Part shown: positions 13,110 through 26,600 of the stretch, piece by piece | Position numbering within the stretch: position 1 is the first letter of the stretch | How the letters are laid out: each line of letters starts with the position of its first letter | Assembly: GCA_002104905.1 (NCBI GenBank) | Contig: MCFE01000105.1 | Coordinates: 62,001 to 126,000, forward strand | Source of the DNA: Basidiobolus meristosporus CBS 931.73 | Lineage: Eukaryota > Fungi > Basidiobolomycota | Reading direction: 5' to 3' | Length of the DNA: 64,000 nt | The notes under the pieces: model-generated | Told to the model about the DNA's origin: nothing | Database searches by the model: none | What the model saw: only the letters and a program-made list of their open reading frames with translations | Position numbers and translations under genes: made by a program

Positions 13110-14815
13110 AGCAGCCACTGCATCTAATTGCCTCATTAACACTAATGGTATAAGCTGGAAACATACTGCCAATATGATTTGTGCTGGTTTTTAGGCAGCT
13201 GCCTGCTGGTCTTCATAAGAGGGTATTGCATTTGCTACACTCTCATCTGCCTCAGCATTATAATCCACTTGCAACTCCGCAGAGATTCTCAGTTTCTTTT
13301 GACAGCATAAAAATGTAAGTTAGTCTAACCAAAGGGGAAATAGTGTTGCGTACATATGTGTATGTGGTATCACAACTTTATTTGTACTGTTAATATGTCA
13401 GATTGTTATTGAATCTTGCATTCATACATATGCAATATCTCATATATAAGCCTGTTTTGAACTCACATGCATATTGAGGATTTACTGATATAGTTGTTAT
13501 GATCTACTGCTTGAATGATTAAGTTAGATCAGTTTTTAGTCATAATACTAAGTTATATATTTAGCTTAACAGTATATCAGTGTTATCTATCAGAACAGTA
13601 GCATTGGTCAGCAAATTAATCGGCAGATCCTTATCAGACAAAAATAGAAATATTCAGCAGGATCTTATTGGGTGATCATGATGCAATCAAGTGAGTCATC
13701 AGCCACAACCTGCATTAGGAAATACAATTAGTCAGCAATTGATCTGGCAAAATGTATTTAAGGAGCCGCTGGAACCTCAATAAGAATCAATTCAACTTTT
13801 AGTAAATACAATACTGGCTAGACTCCCTATTTCTCTACAACTCTTATACCAAGTCTTGTAACATAGCATAGTTACATTGCTGAGTGACAAACTGCTTGTC
13901 CTTTGGACAAGATTTGACTCAATGCCATAGTAGAAGTAACAAAAGACCATTTGACTATAGTAACAGGCCTCTCAGCTGTGAAGTTTGCAAATATCATAGG
14001 AAGTATTACAAATTCATGGCTTGCAGTTTGCCATACATGTTATATTTGACCATTCATCAATCACTATTTTAGCAGCAACTTATAGCTTGATGCTGGACAC
14101 TTGAATAATGGTACCTAGCTCCACTTGTCACCTTGCGCAAACTGAGTTTGGTAAGTTTGTTATTTCTTTAGGCTCACCTCAGCCTTCAGAATATAGCATA
14201 CAGAGTGATAGCTTTGCAGAATAAGGCTCAGCAATGAACTTTGAGCCTTTGTCCCCTAATAACAATACCCTGCATGAGCCTGGCAAATTCCCATAATGCA
14301 TGGAAAAAACACCAATGGAAAAAAACTCAAGGCAACTTTATGGAGCCAAGGGGGCCCAGTAATTTATCTACTGGTTAATCATGTGATGTTGTGGCTTGAG
14401 ATGTGGCATGCTTCCACTAATGTCAGTAATGGGGGCTTTGTGTATTTATTATTACTTCTTGTCAAAATTATTCCAGGGTGCAACTTATCATGTACTTGAT
14501 GTAATTCAAAACTATCATACAGCTGGCAACATATGACCCAGAGACCATTCCAATACCAGTATGTGTTAACAGTTTTATAGCATTAACATCAGAAATGCTA
14601 CCATTGCAAGGTGCTCAGCTTGTCAGGAATCCACCATCACAGGAGGAAAACATTGTTTACTCTCCAGATACATTCCAGTAATACCCTATTGATAGAAGCT
14701 CATGCAGTACACAAAAAATTGTAAGGCTATAAAGTATAGCGCTGAGTATCAATCAGGTGAAAACATTTCTAATATAATTAATGGCAAACATTACAAACAT
14801 ATATGAAGCAAGGGC
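13110..14815 (+). mobile_element. Truncated CACTA/CMC DNA transposon fragment (copy A)
   Basis: Collinear homology of ~13300-14815 with ~19460-20600 of the CMC element (e.g. LWSQ.GPVI.LLVN.VMLWLE). Cut at 14816 by the copia-B LTR; left boundary approximate. Confidence 0.8.
13495..13863 (+). repeat. Gypsy solo LTR (369 bp) inserted in CMC copy A
   Basis: TGTTATGA...TGTAACA; homologous to 3013-3734; flanks TAGT/TAGC; the empty site is visible near 19650. Confidence 0.85.
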
Positions 14816-15182
14816 TGTAGCAACTTAAGAAGTGATATGGATTTATGGAACTTATCAAGAAATACTGATGATAGTTGAACTGTTTTTACCTATAAAGAAG
14901 CTAAGTATTTATACCTCTGTAGAAGTAATGCAAATGTAACTCCAAGTAAGGAGGATTTCTCAACATTGAGGAGCATTCTGTAAAGCTTCAGGGTTAGTAT
15001 ATAGTGTCTGGTAAAAGTGCTAATTTGGTCTTGACTATAAGGAAATAATTATAATATCACAGATCTGAAGAAAGTTGCAAATTTAGGGCTGCAAGTTAGT
15101 CCTACAGTGACCAGGACTGGTTCAGAGCTGCTAAGTAAGCTTTCAGCTGCTGAATGTTACCAACTAGTCCAGTATTTCAACA
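14816..15182 (-). repeat. Copia-B 3' LTR (367 bp)
   Basis: Ends TTTCAACA next to CTCCCCCTCA (reverse-strand PPT); homologous to 23243-23470. Confidence 0.85.
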
Positions 15183-18107
15183 CTCCCCCTCAACTAAATG
15201 ATTTCTTGATCTAGATTCCTTTCTGAGATTCTGAAACTGTGGCTAGCTGGTTGCTTTGTCAATATATCTGCCACCATTTTGTCTGCTTGGTAGTAAACTC
15301 ACTCTACTAAGTAATTTTCTACAACTTTCCTGACAAAGTGGTGTTGATTATCTATATATTTAGTTTTGACATAATTAATTGTATCTCTGGCTGATCAAAT
15401 ACAGCTTTTATTATCCATATAACTACAAGTTACTTCATGTGAGTTAAAATCTAAGTCTTTAAACGATATTTGTACCCATATAGCCTCCTTAGTTGCTTGA
15501 CAAGCAGCCATTTATACAACTTCAGCTGTAGATAGAGCCAGAGTTGGTTGTTTCCTGCAATCCAAAGGAATAGCTGCACCAGCATAAAGAAATAAAACCT
15601 CAGTGTTAAAGCATCCATCAATTCAATCCCTACCCCAATTGGAATTGCTATAGCCATCAAATCTATGCCTATTAGTTACTCCAAAGTATTCCTGGACCAT
15701 ATTAATGGTACCTTGCAGATATCTGAAGATTTGCTTAACTGCTGTAATTAGATCAAATCCTTATTTCTGCATGAATTGACTGAGTGTTCCAGCTGTCACT
15801 GCAATATCTGAGTGTGTAGATACTATCAAGTACATCAGGCTACCAACCATTGGATGATGGCAATGATTTTGGTCCATATTTGAGCTGTTTTTGCCTAAAA
15901 CTGGCTGGGATTTGCTATTCCCAAGGTATTATACATGGGGCTGCTGCAGACTTGCAATTTGCTATTTTGAGCCTGCTAAGAATGTCCCTGAGGTATTTAG
16001 ACTGACTCAGCACAGTTTTCTGTGCAGGTATGTCAGATTTGACTTCAGTTCCAAGAAAATAGCTCAACTCCCAAGATATTTCATCTCAAACTTGCAGAAG
16101 AAGTATGATTTTGTCTGTTTAAGTGTCTGCTGGTCACTTGTAGCATTTATTAGGTTGTCCACACAGACAACTAGGATAATCATTCTCTTTTTGAGCAGTT
16201 TCCTATAAATACTGATATATATAGTGCTGCAAATGAACCCAATCTCCTCTAGAAATATTTATCTGCAGTGCTACAAACAAACCCAATTTCCTCTAGATAT
16301 GTGGCAATCTTGTTACACCATGCTATGGGTGCCTGATTAAGCCCATACAATAATACTCTAAGTGTGCTCACCTTATGGGGCCTTTGGGATTGGTAAGATA
16401 TTCTGGTTGCTCTAGATATATAGTTTCTTTCAGATCCCTAATTAGAAAGGGTGTTTTGACATCCATTTGGTGTTGATCCAGACTGTTTACAACCGCCAGG
16501 GCTAGAACTGTCCTAATAGGGTTAATCTTAGTAACTGGAGCATATGTTTCCTGAAAGTCTAGTCCCTGGATCTGGGAAAAGCCTTTAGCAACAAATCTAT
16601 CCTTGGACTTAACAATGGTACCATTTGATGTTATCCTTGTCTTGTAGTCTCTTCACCATCCTATTGGCTTACTCCCATTTGGTAAGTCTACCAGTTCCTA
16701 TGTTTGTACCTTGATCAGTGATTGGTACTCCTCTTGCATGGCTTGTTGCCAAATAGTAGCATCTGGACTTTGCATTGCCTGTTCCAGATTCAGAGGTTTG
16801 GCATATAAGGCACAACAAGCTTCTTCATGATTCTTGGATGTCTGCCACCAAGATCCAAGGGCATTTCTTATTCAGATAGGTCTCCTAACTGCAATGATCA
16901 GCTCTGGTCTGGAACTGGTATAATCTTCTTCCATATCTGGCTGAATTAGGTGTGTCTTCTTCATTAGTGCTGATTGCATTGTCCTGCAGCTAGCCAATGA
17001 TTTCAGTGACTTTCTGATCTAAATTCTCCTCATATACACAGTCCCTGCTCTTGATCTGCTTCTGAGTTTTGCCATCATACACTCTATCCCTTTAGCATCT
17101 TCATAATACCCAAGAAAGATCTCTTTTCTACTCATTGGTTGCAAGTTTGAGCATTTTTTGTTAGTGATGTAATAAAGAACATTATTGCAAAAGATGTCAA
17201 GGTGCTAGGGGTTTGATTTCTTGCCAGTATTTGTACCAAAGGGTTTAGAATCATGTAATGCAGTTGTTGGGCATCTATTCTCAATGTTTACTGTGGTAGC
17301 ACTTTATTCATCACAAGATTTGTAGTTCATTCCCTTCTCCTGTAACATAGATCTTTCCAGTAGTTTCCAGTGTAGAGCTGTCTCACAAAAAAAACCTTTC
17401 TTACAGAAGTAGTCTTCAAGTTGCTGAACCACTCCTTTATACTGCAAATATGCTGTGATGCTCCACAGTCAATATACCATTCATTACTTTCTTTTCTTGT
17501 ACTCTCTTCTACAGCTACAAATAAGTGTTCATCAGTAGTCCAATGGTTTGTCTGCTCTAGTGTCTGTCTTTTGTCTGCTTGTTTCTTGTTGCATTCTCTT
17601 GCCCAGTGTCCTGGTTTCTTACAGTAGTTACAGCAACCAGGTTTTCTTTGGTTCTGTTGCTCTCCCTTCATATTGGTGTACCTTTGTGAGCTGAATCAAG
17701 AATTATCTTCAATTTTCTTTGCTTGATCAAATGTCAAAGTTCTTAATGGAGAAGTCTTCCTTTGACATATTCAAAAGTCAGATTGTCTTCTCTGCTTTCA
17801 AACAAAAGTGTGAGTAGCTCATACTTGTCTGGTAAGCTGCAAAGCAGACAGAGTATCTTTTCTTTATCATCTGCACCAGCATTGATACTTTAAAGTTCTT
17901 CTGCAAGTGTTTCCATTCTGGTGATGAGTTGTAGCATGTCATGATCTGGTTTCTTCTTCATATACCCTATGAAAAATTATTGAGATCATCCCATCAAAAG
18001 GCCGTCACAAAGTTAACATCCTGTGACTGAGAGGTACTGATCTTGTCAGGACTCTGTTGTGGTAGGGTAAACATACCTCCCACAGACAAGTTTACTCATA
18101 TAGTCAT

Positions 18108-18760
18108 TGTGATATACTTATCCATATTTTATCTTATCAGTATTATCCCATTCTTCTTTTGCCCATATTATCAGTATTATCCCCATAAGATGTTTACCCT
18201 GATTAGTTATTAGCATTAGTTATCCCAGATGTTATTCAGCTTTGTGATCATTATATGTATCTACATAAGGCAAGTACCCGCATCAGTACCCATGACACAT
18301 GACCTACGTCTGTGTTACCATCCCTACCATTTCAATACCATATATGGTATTTCTATGTTGCACAGGTTTCAGACTACTGATTCCTGATTGGTTGAATGTG
18401 CTGTGCCCTTTAGAACCTTCCAGGACATTCTTGGCATATTTGTAGCTCATAGTGATGTCATCAAGAATTCAACTGATGCCTAGAATCTTCTAGAACCTTG
18501 TCATTAGTAATCACTTGGCAATCAGGAAAAGTATTCAAGGGAAAGCAATCCCTCATCAATAAATCATCACTTCTATCAGTAACACTTCTCCCTTATTGAT
18601 TAGCAGTTGATCACTGCACCTGCCTTCAACAGTACATCTCAGACCTGCCATCAAGGAGCATTTCAGGGTAGTGCACACAACACACAGAGGCCTTTGGATA
18701 CACTTGGAGCACCTAGGAAGCTAGAGAAGCAGGAGCTTTTACCATAGTGACATATTCACA
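18108..18760. repeat. Possible solo LTR of a third family inside the CMC element
   Basis: TGTGA..TCACA ends, internal short direct repeats (ATTATCAGTATTATCCC x2, TAGAACCTT repeats), no coding remnants; no TSD found. Confidence 0.35.
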
Positions 18761-19832
18761 AAGACACCAGCAGTTTAGACACAGAGGTTATTGCACCCAT
18801 CAGACACCTTGCACACCTTGAGTTGTGTAGCTTCTCCCAGGAGTACCTCTACACCACCACACCATCCAGAGACCATTGAAAAATAATTGCACCCCAGATT
18901 TCACTAAAAACTTTGTCAAAATTCTTCATCACAACAATGTATAAGTTGCTATTTATTGGTTCCCTGCCAATTTGCTCACTTTCTGATCCCAGACACTCTA
19001 TTGCCTCCTATTTTTGTGTGAGTTGATTGGCTATTGCCTCTTTTTCACACTCCGTACTTCCTGACTCAGCTGTTTCTCTTACTTTTTATGCATATGAATT
19101 GATTTATTTCTGTTGAAACTTCAGTTGTACCTCAATTGCCAATTGTATTGACCTATACAAGTCTCTATACCCTACACTAACATTAAGCCCAACCCCACAC
19201 TCAACAAGTAACTCCATTAAAGTCCACAACTCAATAAGTATTTCTGCTGTAATGCTCTGGTTCCACAACTATGGCAGGAGCCCAATGGCTTTATGCCACT
19301 GTTCATTCACTGGTTCCCACATGTCCTGGTCTTTAGCTGGCACTGCAAGGTCTAGCTCCTCATCTGCCAGTCTTTGCAATAAATCCTTGCCATATTCTTC
19401 TGTTGCCATCAGCGGTGGGGTTTGGTTGAGAACCAGACAACTTTGCTTTATTTTTTGGCAGCATATATATGGAAGTGAGTCAAACCAAAGGGGAGATAGT
19501 GTTACATTTATGTGTGTATGTGGTGCCACAACTTTATTTATAATGCTTACTATGGCAGGTCATCATTGAATATTACATTCATGTAGGTGCAATGTCTCAA
19601 ATACAAGACTGTCTTAAGTTCACATGAGTATTGACCAAAAAGTGATATAATAGCATTACATTGTTGAAGGTCAAACTGTTTGCCCCATGGACAAGACTAC
19701 TTTGACTCAATGCCATAAGAGAAGAGAAAAAGTCCATGTGACTATTGTGGCAAGCCTCTCAGCCATGAAGCACACTGACAGCATAGGAAGTATTACAAGG
19801 ATCACTGCCAGTGTTTTGCCACCCAAGTCATA

Positions 19833-22292
19833 TTGGACCATTCATTGGTCACTACTGTACCAACATTATCTTGCCGGCCAGTTGATACTTCTATATTGGC
19901 ACCTGGCCATCTTTGTCACCTTGCGCTAACTGAGTCAGGTGAGTATGTGATGCCTTTAGGCTCACCTCAGCCTTCTGAATATGGCACGCAGAGTGATAGC
20001 TCTGACAAAGAAGGTTCACTGATGGATTTTGAGCCTATCTCCCCTAACAACAGTACCATGTATGAGCCCGGTCAAATCCCTATATGCAATGAGACAACAC
20101 CTGTTGAGACAAATGCCAAGGATACTTTATGGAGCCAAGTGAGCCCAGTAATCCATCTACTGGTGAATGATGTGATGTTGTGGCTAGAGAAGTGGCGCAT
20201 TTCCACTAATATCAGTAATGGGGGCTTTGAGGATTTATTACTACTTCTTGCCAAAATCATACCGGGATGCAACTTACCAGGTACATGGTACAAGTGGACA
20301 ACTGTCATGTGGCTGGCAACATATGATCCAGAGACTGTCCTGATTCCAGCCTGTGTTAACAGTTGCATGGCATTCACATCCAAAAATGCTACCATTGCAA
20401 CGTGTCCAAATGGTCAGGAATCCACCACCATTGAGGGAAAACATTGTTCACACTCCGGATATATTCCGGTCATACCCGTCTGAGGAAGCTGATGCAGTCC
20501 AACAAATATTGCAAAGCTATACAATACTGCACTCAGTATCAATCAAGTACAAACATATCCGATATATTTGATGGCAAACATTACAAACAGCTAAGAAGCA
20601 AGGGCTACTTTGAAGGTATATATGACCATGCCTTTGCTTTAGCACTTGATGGATTCTCAGTAAACAAGTACTCTACCAGAAAATCCTGCTGGCCACTGAT
20701 TCTCATCAATCTGAATCTGCTGCCCATCTTACAGTATCAGAGCAATAATCTGATGGTAGTCTCACTGGTATCTGGGCCTAAATCACCGTCCAACCTGAAT
20801 AGCTACCTGTATCCATTGCTGAATGAATTTTGTATGCTTTCCAGCAAGAAAACGGTGAATGGCCATCATGTAAAAGCGCATATTATTATCTGCATTGGAG
20901 ATACCCCAGCCATCAGCAAGATAGTAGGTTTTTCCAGGCACAACAGACAGTATTGCTGTCAAATGTGTGAGATCCTGGGGATTTACTCCATAACTCACAC
21001 ACATTATTATTACCCAAACACCAGCACTAAGAAAATCATCTTTCCACAGAGAGAATGTACAGAAGTAAGCATGCAATTGAAGCAAAGCTGGCAAGCTATA
21101 AGCCATTGGCCGGAATATGGAATCAATTGGAAACTAGAGATACTTAAGATAGAGGGTATCTGTTGGAGCAAAAGCTTTCCACTGGGAGCAATGCATTTGC
21201 TTTTCAACAATATCCCTATACTGATGACCAAGTTGTACATGGGGCATTTCAAGCTAAATGAGCCCTTTGAGATACCGGAGAAATTTGAAAAAATTGGCAA
21301 GATATTACAGAGTATCCGCTACCCTAAGTACTTCTCACAGGCTCCAATCAATATTCATACGCATATGTGACAATATAAATGCAAAGACTGGATGAACTGG
21401 ATATGTATTTATTCAGGTGGTGTTCTGAAGCCATTCCTACCAAGAGTACATTGGAAGCATTGGGAGTCATATGTGGACATTGTAAAAATATTTATCCAGA
21501 AGCGCATCACCAATGCCAACTTGACACATCTGCAGCTGTTGTGAGAGGAGTTTGTTACGGGATTTGAGCGGCTATACTACAAGCATAAAGCTGAATGTGT
21601 AGATCTCTGCCGCTACTGTATCCATTCTCTAATCCATCTTGCACGGTGTGTGGAGAATATTGGGCCTTGCTTCACCTTTTGGGAGTTTCCTATGGAGCAG
21701 ATGTGTGGGGAGATAGGAAGACAAGTCAAGTTGCAGGTACTACCATATCCCAATCTCATCAAGAGTATTACCTTCAAGTCCGTCATGGATGTGATGAGTT
21801 GACACATGGAGGACAGCCAGGAAGAGTTGGAAAATACTGAGGATAAATGTGCACATGGAGACACCTATGCCTATGGCATTAAGAAGCTAAGCAGCCCCAA
21901 TGCATGGGTAATCAGCTAAGTAATGCAAAGTTGGGTTGGGTGCAACAAGCAACTAATTTTTATCAGGAAAACTCCACCAAGATATGCCAGATTTCTTGTG
22001 GTCATAAGCCAACTTCTACACCATTCAATACGGAATTCACATGAACAAAAGCCAGAGCGCACCTATAAGGGGGACTAGAATCCAGCAGGGAGGAGGAATA
22101 TATTGGCTAAATACCCAGAAGTTCTTTGCCAATACTCTGGAGGTATTCATGGCAGAAGTGGCAACAACCAAGCATATGTTTGCAAGATGTATATGCTACC
22201 AGCAGTACAAGGTATATGGCAACTTTGCAAGTATTGTACTAAAAAGCCGTAAAGTTGAGGTGATAGAAGTATGTCAATTACGGCAGGTGTAG
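19833..22292 (+). pseudogene. CACTA/En-Spm (tnp2/Transposase_21-like) transposase, frameshifted
   Basis: DIFDGKHYKQL, ALALDGF, SCWPLILINLNL, SGPKSPSNLNSYLYPLLNEF, GDTPAISKIVGF.RHN..YCC.MC, MHLLFNNI motifs; boundaries approximate. Confidence 0.85.
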
Positions 22293-23228
22293 CATTTGTA
22301 GAGGTTAGTAAGCAGGAGGCCATAGTTTTTTTTGATTCAAACTATATGTGGAATACCCAAGGTAGTAGTGGGTAAGCAAATAAAGAAAGGTGACTCTACA
22401 GTGGAATATATGAATTGCACAAGGGGAGGTAGAAAAGGGACATACCATTTGGTAAATTGGTACGGTAGCATTATACATAACCAGCAGCAGGCCGTCATAC
22501 TGCCGTAAAAAAAGCCATCAGGGTCTTGCTGTGAGGCCATTAAAATACTGTCAAGTTTCTTGCCATAAAAGGCAATTGGAAGTCCTGGCCAACTGGATCC
22601 ACTTAAAATAGTAATAGAGCACTGAAAGACCACAACAATAACATGTGAATATTGTCACAGCACCTATCAAAAATTGTCAAGTTTTATCCCTTTATTTGGC
22701 TGAAAAATTTGCAAAACACCGTCATGATCTTGTTATAAGATTGTCAGGAGGGTCACTAATTCCAAGCTGCTGTTATTATGACAGTCTCTGGACGGGATCT
22801 TGACGGATGATCTGGATTGGATCCACCTGTGGTACCAAATTATTTTTCATAGGGTATAGAATAGCTTTTGTGCTGAATAGAGCTTGCTTGATACTGACTT
22901 TACTCAAAGGATCTTCTCTAAGGATTCCCAAGCTGCTTTGGCAGTATTAGCAGCATGAATTTGTGCAATGAAGGAATCTGGCACATCAATACACACAGCA
23001 TTAAGGGCTTTCCTCTACTCTCAAAACTTTTCAACTTCTTCTGATGTTCCTTTGGGCTCCACTTCTTCTCTTGATACTGTGTGCTCAAGCTGTCTTTCAT
23101 CAAGGTGGATCTGCATCCTGATACTCCAAAGTCTGTAGTTTTTTTCATCTAACCTCTCATTTACAGGGAAGATGCTTCTACTGTTCTGTTTACTGGTAGA
23201 TGTGGTCTTTAGATTAGATTAAGGCAAT

Positions 23229-23470
23229 CAGGGCTCATATCCTGTTGAAATCCAAGAAGTGATATGTATATAAAGAACTTATCAAGAAATAGTGATAATA
23301 CTTGAGCTGTTGTTTATCCATAAAGAAGCTTAGTATTTATACCTTTGTAGAAGTAGTGCAACTGTAACACCAAGTAAGGGTGTTTCTCAACATTCATGAG
23401 CATTCTGCAACAGTTTAGTGTTGGTACATAATGTTTGGTAAAAGTGCTAACTTGGTCTTGACTATAAGGG
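23229..23470 (-). repeat. Copia-B PBS (GGATATGAGCCCTG) and truncated 5' LTR
   Basis: Reverse complement of PBS at 23229-23242 abuts TGTTGAAA at 23243; matches 14816 onward up to GACTATAAGG, then breaks. Confidence 0.85.
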
Positions 23471-23657
23471 AGTCAATGCAGGATCATGGATCAGATATGA
23501 ATAGTCTATCTTCAGTTGTTGTAGCATTTCCAAATTCAGGCTTCTTTTGCTGATTATCTCTCTTTTTGAGACACTGGTCTGTTGTGTGTCCTTTCCTTTT
23601 GTAGTAGTTGCAAAACAGGTTGCTGTTGCCTTTGTAGTGTCTTGGGTACATCCTTTG

Positions 23658-26600
23658 TGTAGTAAAAATTTGTGATTCCACCTAAATATTCACCTAACTT
23701 AGTTGCTTAGATCATTACCCTCATATCCTAGAGAATACTGACCAAATTCCTTGTCAGGATTTACTTAGAATATTCTCACCAGAAAACCAGGTACCCAGAA
23801 CATGAAAATTCTCAAAGTTGTTGAAACAGCCCCAGACTTTGTACACATGCTCTTGAGACCTTCCTTAACCTATTCTACATGCTCATAATGCAAAGACTAG
23901 GTTAAAGTATAAATACTACTTTTACATTCAATAAATCATCAAGTGAAAACCACATAATCAACTTGTCCTCCCAATTACTTCCAATATCTCCAAGACTGTT
24001 ACAACAGGTTATGAGCCCCAAGCTGTCCCTCTCTGCAATGTCTACTACTGCTATTACTGGAATTTTTCCCTCTGCTGAAAAGTTGGATGGATCTAACTAC
24101 TAAGTGTGGAAGGTGAAGATGACAATGCTGCTTCAAGAAAGAGGCCTTTGGGATATTGTCATGGGAGAAGAATGCCCTCCTAAATGTTGTAAAAATTTGT
24201 ATTTCCACCTAAATATTCACCTAACTTAGTCACTTAGATCATTACCTTCAAATCCTAGAAAATACTGACAAAATCCTTGTTGGGATTTACTTAGAATATT
24301 TTCACCAAAATACCAGGTACCCAGAATGTGAAAATTCTCAAAGTTGTCCAAACAGCCCCAAACTTTGCACACATGCTCTTGGGACCTTCCTTAACCTATT
24401 CTACGTGTTTGTAATGCCAAGACCAGGCAAAAGTATAAATACTACTTTTACATTCAATAAATTGTTAAGTGAAAACCACATAATCTACTTGTTCTCCCAA
24501 TCACTTCCAATATCTCCAAGACTCTTACAACACTAAAAACATGGGAGAGGAAGCCTTAAAGTACCAGAAGAAAGAACAAAGTGCCTTTAACTGCATTTGC
24601 CTTAATGTCAAGGACAAGTTGCTAATTCAATGCTCAAGAGCAAAAGCAGCAAAGAATGCCTGGAAAGCATTGGAAGACACCTACCAGTCATGTTCAGCTG
24701 CCAAGAAAATGTATCTGAGACAAAAATTCTTCACTACAAAGGTGCTACCAGGAGAAGAAATGAAAAATCTAATTAACAGAATTACCCTGCTGGTAGATGA
24801 GATGGAATCTGTGGGCATACCAACTACTGATGAGGATGTGATATTTACCATCCTGAATAGCCTGACAGACCAGTTTCAAGGCCTTGTATCAGCCCTAGAG
24901 TCCAGAACTGAAGATTTGACCTTAAATTACGTATATGGAAGGCTCCGGGATGAAGAATTAAGAAAATCAAGCACCAATAAGAAGGGAGAAGAAAATTCTT
25001 TAATACGCAATGATAACCAACAAAATAATGAAGAAACTCCAATGCTTTGGCACAGGAGATTTGAGCACATCAATTTTGATTTTATGCGTAAAATGATCAA
25101 AGATCAGCTAATTTCTGGAGTGAAAATTGATCCCCCAGCTAATTTGGAGCTCTGTGAAGCCTGCATATATGGGAAACAAGCCAGACAACCATTCAAGAGC
25201 TCTGGGTTAATCAAAACTAAGAAAAAATTAGATCTAATTCACTCAGATCTGTGTGGACCTATGCAAAATTTATCCATAGGCGGGATGAAGTATTTAATCA
25301 CTTTTATTGATGATGATACAAGCTACACATGGGTCTACTTCATGGAGAGAAAGGAAGAAGCTCTGTCTAAGTTCAGGGAGTTTAAAGCCATGGTGGAGAG
25401 AGAAACTGGTGAAAAAATCAAGAAAATATGCTCTGACAATGGTGGAGAATATACCTCAAAGCTCTTCATCCACTGCTGCAAAATTCATGGGATAAAGCAA
25501 GAGACTACTGTACCATACTCCCCACAGCAAAATGGATAGCAGAACAAGCTAACAGATCAAAAATTGATATGGCAAGATCTATGATCCATGATCAAAAATT
25601 ATCCTATGATTTTTGGGCAGAATCAGTTGCCACTGCTCTATACCTTGAAAATAGGAGTTATAACAGAATACTTTGTGATTCTACTCCATTTGAAGCATGG
25701 CACAGATACAGACCAAGTGCAGAAGATCTAAGAGTATTTGGGTGTACAGCATATGCCAAAAAACTGGCCAGAAATCAGTCAAAATTTGAGCCAAAAAGTG
25801 TAAAATGCATATTTTTGCACTACTGCAATGAGAATAAGGCATTCAGACTCTACAATACCAAAGCAAAGAAGCTCATCAAGTCCAGGGATGTGCTGTTTGA
25901 TGAAAATTCAAAATTTTCACAAAAAATGACTTCAGAGGACAACAGAAATTTGATCTCTAGTCCACCAATTGTCAGGATTGAATCAGAGCAAAACAATGAA
26001 AATTTTTTCACTCCAGAGGACTCTACAACCGTGGTTCAGCTAGAATCAGTGTCCAGGAATATCCCAGAAGTAATCATTCCAGTATTAAATGCCCGGAGAT
26101 CCAATTGCACAAGAAATAGCCCAAATTACTATATCAATGATGGTTTAAACTTAGCCTATGCCTATTCAGTCCATGTTGATGAGCCCCAGACTGTAAAAGA
26201 GGCCCTAAATAGCCCTCAGACAAAGTTTTGGAGATCTGCAATGACTGAGGAATATCAGGCCCTGATGGAAAATCAAACTTGGGACTTAGTCAAATTACCA
26301 ATCAGCCAAAAATCAATTGGATGCAGATGGGTCTTCAAGACAAAATACAAGGCTGATGGTACAATTGAAAGATACAAAGCAAGACTTGTTGCCAAAGGAT
26401 ACTCTCAAACAAAAGGACTTGACTATACTGAGACCTTTGCACTGGTAGCCAAGTTTAATTCCATCAGATTAATATTGGCTATTGCAGCCAAATATAAGTT
26501 TTTTATTCATCAGATGGATGTAAAAACTGCATTTTTGAATGGAGAACATGATGAGGACATGTATATGGACCAGCCTGATGGGTTTATTGACCAAGATAAC

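Larger units (their letters stand above)
17965..22854 (+). mobile_element. CACTA/CMC-superfamily DNA transposon (copy B), 4,890 bp, both ends present
   Basis: TIRs CCCTATGAAAAAT at both ends, flanked by TATA on both sides. Removing the insert restores copia-B gag (QKLFYMKKKPDHDMLQLITRME). Contains a Transposase_21-like ORF. Confidence 0.88.
14816..23470 (-). mobile_element. Copia family B element (inverted), decayed, interrupted by a 4.9 kb CMC transposon
   Basis: 3' LTR 14816-15182 with PPT; RNase H/RT remnants (ELVDLPNGSKPIG, FVAKGFSQIQGLDFQETYAPV, HQMDVKT); knuckle CNYCKKPGHWAREC and protease WYIDCGAS at 17327-17671; gag resumes after 22858; PBS and partial 5' LTR at 23229-23470. Integrase core not seen. 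Confidence 0.85.
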
